This document shows positions 59,589 to 64,000 of a DNA stretch of 64,000 nucleotides, in pieces. The position numbers were made by a program, and so were the translations under genes. The notes under the pieces were generated by a model that saw only the letters and a program-made list of their open reading frames with translations, was not told the DNA's origin and did not search any database. Origin of the DNA: an uncultured Verrucomicrobiae bacterium (GTDB taxonomy: Bacteria > Verrucomicrobiota > Verrucomicrobiia > Chthoniobacterales > Terrimicrobiaceae); the NCBI GenBank assembly GCA_963810765.1, contig CAWEOV010000024.1, forward strand, positions 345,906-409,905. Reading direction: 5' to 3'. Position 1 is the stretch's first letter; the number at the start of each line of letters is the position of its first letter.

Positions 59589-61536
59589 GGATTGGAGCGT
59601 TGATCAGGTCTTGAATTGCTGAGAGCTGCGACGCGGCCTCCTCGCGGCCGAGCGAAATATAACGGGCGGGAGTGCTGAAATCGTGCCAGCGACCATCGCA
59701 GGAATAAGGCCTAAGCACGATGCTCGCCCGGCGGCACGAGGCTTCCGCCAGACGCGTCTGCGCCGCGTGACTGCTCCGCATCAAGGTGTCGAAGGCATTG
59801 CCCCGGGCAAATGGATTGAACCACGTGTTAAACTTCCGGCTCCAGGTCGCCTCCGACTTTCCGGCTTCTGAGAAATCGCCGCCGCAAGCTCTGATTGTTT
59901 GCGGGGTCGCAATGGTGTTCACCGCAATGATTTTTCGGACACCGATGTCGATCAGCGCGTCGACGGGAAGCGGATCGCAGATCCCTCCGTCAACATAGGG
60001 AATGCCTCCGCGCATCACAGGCACACAAATGCCGGGAATGGCGAGGCTCGCAAGGACGGCGTCCACTACGCTTCCGCCTGAAAAGACGACCCGTTCCAGC
60101 GTGTCCAGCCGGGTCGCCACGATGCGGATCGGTCGCGCCATGTCAGAAAAATGAAGCGCACCGATCGTTTCCTCGAGTCGCTTGCGAACACGATCGGTCA
60201 GCAGGAACCCGCGACGGGGAAAGATTGCGAAATCCATCAGCCTCCAAAGGCCGCGGTAGCCTTCGATCTCCCGCGCGAACTTTTCCATTTCGCGTCCGCT
60301 ATATCCTGCTCCCCAGACCGCCCCGATGTAAGCGCCCATGCTGGAGCCCGCCACGATATCCACCTCGATGCCGTTCTCCTCCAGCACCTGAAGGACTCCG
60401 ATGTGGGAGAGCCCGCGCGCAGCACCCGAGGAGAGGGCAAGCCCAACCTGGCAGCCGCACATTTCGCGCCCCAACCGGCGAAGGTTCGCAGTAAAGCGGA
60501 GACCGTTTCCAGCCTTCCGAAGGTAACTATGAACCGGCCACCTAACCGTTTCCTCAATGTAGCAGCTCAAGCCGTGTGCATTCTCCGGAGGGTCCAGAAA
60601 AACCAGGGGCTTGATGGGAATAGCTTCGCAACCGCGTGCCCGCGCTTCGCGGGCGAGAAGATTAAGCTCGAAAAGGCTCTCCCCGTTCTGCCGAAGAACA
60701 GGATACACGGACCAGCTTCTCCGGATGATCTCTATCAGTGCTTCCACCGTGGTTTGGCGATGCGCCTCGACGATCACATAAGAAAATTGGTCCCTTGCCC
60801 GATCCAGCAGTCTCGATAGATCCTGCAACGTCTGCGGATCGCTTCCGCCATCGGCGTGTTGAATGAAGACATTTTTAAGACCCGCGTAAGGGGACGGACC
60901 GCTAAGTCCGTCAGACGCAGGTGCCAACTTATCGACCCTGATGCAAAGGATATCTTCCGCCGTTTCTTTCGCGATCGTCTCCGCGCAGATCGAGGAAAAC
61001 TCCTCGCACGGAATTCCGTCCGACAATGGCATCAAGCAAAGGATTTTACCGTACCCCTTCTTTTTTGCGAGGGGCCGCGGAGCTTGAAGCGAAGAGGGGG
61101 CGCCCGACCTGAGCATCGCTGGCCACCTTTCGAGAAGCCTGCGGATGTTCTGGCGCGGAAGGCGCAAAATGTCGCTGTCGACGATGGCGCGCATGTTCAA
61201 GCGGGATCCCCTTGCACCGTCGATGGCGTCGCCCGCTCGGAGGGGGGCGGCCTCTCGGGGATGCTCGGATTCACAGCAACCTTGGAGGATAAGGGAAATC
61301 GAATCTTGCGCCATGTCGTCCCGCACCAGGCTTTGCCCAACGCGCAAATGCTCTACGCCGCTGCCGCGCTCATCCTCGCGGGGGAAAGACCCTCCGTCAG
61401 GCGGCGTATGCCGTCGCAACCAATCTCTCATCGGATTTTTCATCTGCGGTTGCGCCCTGAGATACCATGTTCGTTCGCTGGAGAACTCGCCTCCGGCCAA
61501 CAACCATAGCATCCCTGGTCGCCCTCTCTGTTTCAA
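59545..61536 (-). CDS. patatin-like phospholipase with an N-terminal cyclic-nucleotide-binding-like region
   Basis: Oxyanion LALSSGAARG, lipase serine GSSMGA, and Asp motif DGG. The start is uncertain and the 3' end overlaps the next gene by 44 nt. Confidence 0.82.
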   Translation of the reverse strand: MKQRGRPGMLWLLAGGEFSSERTWYLRAQPQMKNPMRDWLRRHTPPDGGSFPREDERGSGVEHLRVGQSLVRDDMAQDSISLILQGCCESEHPREAAPLRAGDAIDGARGSRLNMRAIVDSDILRLPRQNIRRLLERWPAMLRSGAPSSLQAPRPLAKKKGYGKILCLMPLSDGIPCEEFSSICAETIAKETAEDILCIRVDKLAPASDGLSGPSPYAGLKNVFIQHADGGSDPQTLQDLSRLLDRARDQFSYVIVEAHRQTTVEALIEIIRRSWSVYPVLRQNGESLFELNLLAREARARGCEAIPIKPLVFLDPPENAHGLSCYIEETVRWPVHSYLRKAGNGLRFTANLRRLGREMCGCQVGLALSSGAARGLSHIGVLQVLEENGIEVDIVAGSSMGAYIGAVWGAGYSGREMEKFAREIEGYRGLWRLMDFAIFPRRGFLLTDRVRKRLEETIGALHFSDMARPIRIVATRLDTLERVVFSGGSVVDAVLASLAIPGICVPVMRGGIPYVDGGICDPLPVDALIDIGVRKIIAVNTIATPQTIRACGGDFSEAGKSEATWSRKFNTWFNPFARGNAFDTLMRSSHAAQTRLAEASCRRASIVLRPYSCDGRWHDFSTPARYISLGREEAASQLSAIQDLINAPIHERQPPHNFLAQAA

Positions 61537-61632
61537 GCTAGGACGAGAATGCAGCTTGTCAAAGCAGTCCGGCGAGCCGACTCCTGTTCTGTTGCGAAAA
61601 CCCTTTGGCTCTGATTAGTTCGCGTTTCCCGG

Positions 61633-62340
61633 ATGAGAAACCTGCAAGAGGCTTGGCCCGCAATCTGCGATTTTTCCGTCCGGCTCGATCTGCCGCCGAG
61701 CCGGTGGAAATATGCATGGTCCACCCACGAATTTAGCGCGAAACGCCTGTATAATGCCATCCGCTGGCGGCAGCCAAAGATTATCGTCGAGACGGGAACG
61801 TTTGAAGGGCTCGGCACATTCACCATGGCGAAGGCCGCACAGGAGAATGCCAATGAAGCCAAGATATTCACGATCGATTACGACGGCGATCCGGACGTTT
61901 CCATCCCGATGGAGGACTGGCTTCAACTCCGGCGCTTCCGCGACGAAAATCTAGATCTCGCACGCGCCAAGTTCCCTGCCGTGGAGATCCATTTCCTCAA
62001 CGGCGATTCCCGAAGCATGCTGCCCTCCGTGTTCCCGGGCCGGTCCGAGTATTGGGATTTCTTTTTTCAGGATTCGATGCACTTCATGAGCGGAATCCTT
62101 GCCGAATGGGAAATCATGAAGCCCTTCGCCAGGCCAGGCTCGGTGGTGGTCTTCGACGACGTTTGTCTGGATTGGAAGAAAATGCCGAGACACCTCTTTA
62201 AGCAAGACGATTTCTGCGGGCACTTTCTTCTCAAAGAGGCGTGGAAGCGAGGTTGGCTTTTTAAATCGACCGCCGAGGGGCGCGCCCAATTTTGGGCGCA
62301 AAAAAAAGGATGCGAACCATCGAAGATCTCGCCTCGATGA
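61633..62340 (+). CDS. class I SAM-dependent methyltransferase (O-MT / Methyltransf_24-like)
   Basis: IIVETGTFEGLGT (motif I) and VVFDDV. The stop overlaps the next start (ATGA 62337-62340). Confidence 0.78.
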   Translation: MRNLQEAWPAICDFSVRLDLPPSRWKYAWSTHEFSAKRLYNAIRWRQPKIIVETGTFEGLGTFTMAKAAQENANEAKIFTIDYDGDPDVSIPMEDWLQLRRFRDENLDLARAKFPAVEIHFLNGDSRSMLPSVFPGRSEYWDFFFQDSMHFMSGILAEWEIMKPFARPGSVVVFDDVCLDWKKMPRHLFKQDDFCGHFLLKEAWKRGWLFKSTAEGRAQFWAQKKGCEPSKISPR

Positions 62341-63167
62341 ACGCATGGGTTCTGGCCGGTTTTGGGACGAACGTCGCCGTAATCTTAATGGCTCTCGCGT
62401 GGGCGATCGCGCGTCACGTTAAGAACGCCAGCTATCTAGAGGTGGCATGGTCTTACGGATTCGCCGTCGTCGCCTGGATCTACGCGCTTCTTGGGACAGG
62501 CGAGCCGCTCCGGAAGTGGATCGTCGCCGGGATGGTCGCTGTCTGGAGCCTGCGGCTTGGCACGTCGCTTTTCTTTGACGTCATCCGGCATCATCCTGCT
62601 GAGGGACACCGCTACGCCGCGCTGCGCGAGCAGTTCCCTAAACGCCCTTGGCTCATGTTTTTCGGATTTTCTCAATATCAGGCCGCTCTGCTCGGCCTGC
62701 TCTCGGCTCCCTTCGCAATCGCCTGCTCGAATGCGGCTCCGGGAATGAGCGGCTGGGAAGTCGCCGGGCTAATTCTTTGGCTCGCTGCGATCGCAGGAGA
62801 GACCGTGGCGAATTTGCAATTGAGGCGCTTTGGATCCAATCAAGCAAATTCTGGCAAGTTGTGTGACGCGGGGCTCTGGCGTTACTCGCGCCACCCGGAC
62901 TGTTTCTTTGAGTGGCTCATTTGGGTTGCCTACTTTATCTTTGCGATCGGTTCGCCGTGGGGATGGGTCACTGTGTATTGCCCGTTGATTATGCTTTATT
63001 TCCAGACCAAGGTCACCGGCGTTCCTCCAGCCGAAGCGCGGTCCCTAAAATCGCTCGGCGACGAATACCTCGACTACCAGCGCACAACGAGCGCGTTCTT
63101 CCCTGGGCGGCCAAAGCCAGGTCTCCAATCTTCGGAAACCCGTCTCAACGAAGCGGGGGACGCCTGA
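62337..63167 (+). CDS. DUF1295 membrane protein (steroid 5-alpha-reductase / ICMT-like fold)
   Basis: GLWRYSRHPDCFFEWLIWVAYFIF is the family hallmark; about 7 TM helices. Confidence 0.85.
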   Translation: MNAWVLAGFGTNVAVILMALAWAIARHVKNASYLEVAWSYGFAVVAWIYALLGTGEPLRKWIVAGMVAVWSLRLGTSLFFDVIRHHPAEGHRYAALREQFPKRPWLMFFGFSQYQAALLGLLSAPFAIACSNAAPGMSGWEVAGLILWLAAIAGETVANLQLRRFGSNQANSGKLCDAGLWRYSRHPDCFFEWLIWVAYFIFAIGSPWGWVTVYCPLIMLYFQTKVTGVPPAEARSLKSLGDEYLDYQRTTSAFFPGRPKPGLQSSETRLNEAGDA

Positions 63168-63499
63168 ATTTACCTATGCGGCAGAGGGCCAGCTTCACCC
63201 GATATTCCTGCAGGCCGTCGGACTTGAAATCGAATTTACACCCATCATTTGGAACTTGGGCGCGCTTATCTCGCCCTCGGCGAAAAGCAAAGGGCTCGGG
63301 AACAATTCAACAAGGGACTTTCCCTGCCTTCCACCGAGAAGGATGACGAAGATAACAAACAGCGGGTCCGTGCGTCACTCAAACAACTGCAGTGAAAGGT
63401 TTCCTGCACCGGCCCGGCATTTCTTCGAATCGATCGATCCACTTCTAACTCGAAAGTTCCCGCAGGACTTTTCTTACCAAATTCGCCAGACTTAAGGTG

Positions 63500-64000
63500 A
63501 TGCCGCGCATTCTCATTCTTACCGCCAGCATGGGTGAGGGCCACAACACTGCCGCCCGCAACATCCGGGATGCGCTTCTGGCGGAAAGCGGCGGAAAGGC
63601 GGAGGTTCTAGTTGCCGATCCCTATACGCGGACAAACCCGGTCATCAATAAGCTGATGCAGAAAGGCTACGCGACGGCGATCAATCGCTACCCGCGTGCG
63701 TGGAGAGTCGTCTTTGAACTGCTTAGCAAGCGCGGCGTGGTGGAAGGCATGGGGCCAATATTGGCGGAACTGACAGCCGCCGTGAAAGCGCTCATCGACG
63801 AGTTCCATCCCGAAATCATCGCGTCGACCTACCCGGTGTTTTCTTTTATCATGGCAAAGATTCGCAAGAGGGACACGTCGGTCACCGTGCCGTTTTACAC
63901 GGTCATTACAGACTCCACGATGATCAATTCGGCCTGGTACCGTTGCCCCTGCGATGGGTCGATCGTGGCGGATGACCAGACCGCCCGAGTCCTGCTCGAC
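63500..64000 (+). CDS. MGDG-synthase-like (GT28-family) glycosyltransferase, 3' partial (runs off window)
   Basis: MPRILILTASMGEGHNTAARNIRDAL... and ITDSTMINSAWY are typical of monogalactosyldiacylglycerol synthase N-domains. The frame is open to the window end and the ORF is not in the track because it has no stop. Confidence 0.75.
   Translation, partial: MPRILILTASMGEGHNTAARNIRDALLAESGGKAEVLVADPYTRTNPVINKLMQKGYATAINRYPRAWRVVFELLSKRGVVEGMGPILAELTAAVKALIDEFHPEIIASTYPVFSFIMAKIRKRDTSVTVPFYTVITDSTMINSAWYRCPCDGSIVADDQTARVLLD

Noticed and set aside
63170-63395. TPR-like C-terminal fragment ...LGRAYLALGEKQRAREQFNKGLSLPSTEKDDEDNKQRVRASLKQLQ* between the DUF1295 and glycosyltransferase genes
   Set aside because: It is short and needs a frameshift to extend upstream. 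The tracked ORF 63256-63495 is in a different frame. It cannot be distinguished from a remnant.

Overview
GC-rich bacterial chromosomal window. The gene families suggest a soil Verrucomicrobia/PVC-like organism, but that is inference only. No rRNA, tRNA or CRISPR was seen. Most of the window is housekeeping or metabolic: sdhC-sdhA-[inserted four-helix-bundle gene]-sdhB, rpiB, gpmI, chrA-DUF190, DJ-1/PfpI, an NfeD-stomatin pair, an MFS transporter, a GH63-like glucosidase, a sugar-kinase/aldolase-like cluster, and a five-gene minus-strand lipid/beta-oxidation operon (patatin, PaaK-like ligase, thiolase, FadB-like, acyl-CoA dehydrogenase). The best candidate for an undescribed system is a pair of paralogous NLR-like loci. 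Locus 1 (14.2-18.5 kb, minus strand) reads DUF4062-like domain, P-loop STAND NTPase, one TM helix, then WD40; it is translationally coupled to two tandem exported MORN-repeat genes and is broken by several frameshifts. Locus 2 (34.9-40.4 kb, plus strand) is an ECF sigma factor coupled to a Zn-ribbon Ser/Thr kinase carrying the same DUF4062-like domain, followed by the matching helical/TM/WD40 part; its NTPase module appears deleted. Its propeller is 12 near-identical 126-bp repeats that vary mainly at four residues per blade. Other notable items: phased NNTCAAC heptamer arrays around the four-helix-bundle insert in sdh and again at 7.2 kb; a 334-bp MITE-like element with TA-flanked inverted repeats inside a corA/zntB remnant; a CYTH-like/CHAD-ParA gene pair; and an AT-richer island (41.1-43.5 kb) with an iteron-like GGACGTA array. 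At least nine gene-breaking indels mostly sit in or next to short homopolymer runs, so many apparent pseudogenes may be sequencing artefacts.
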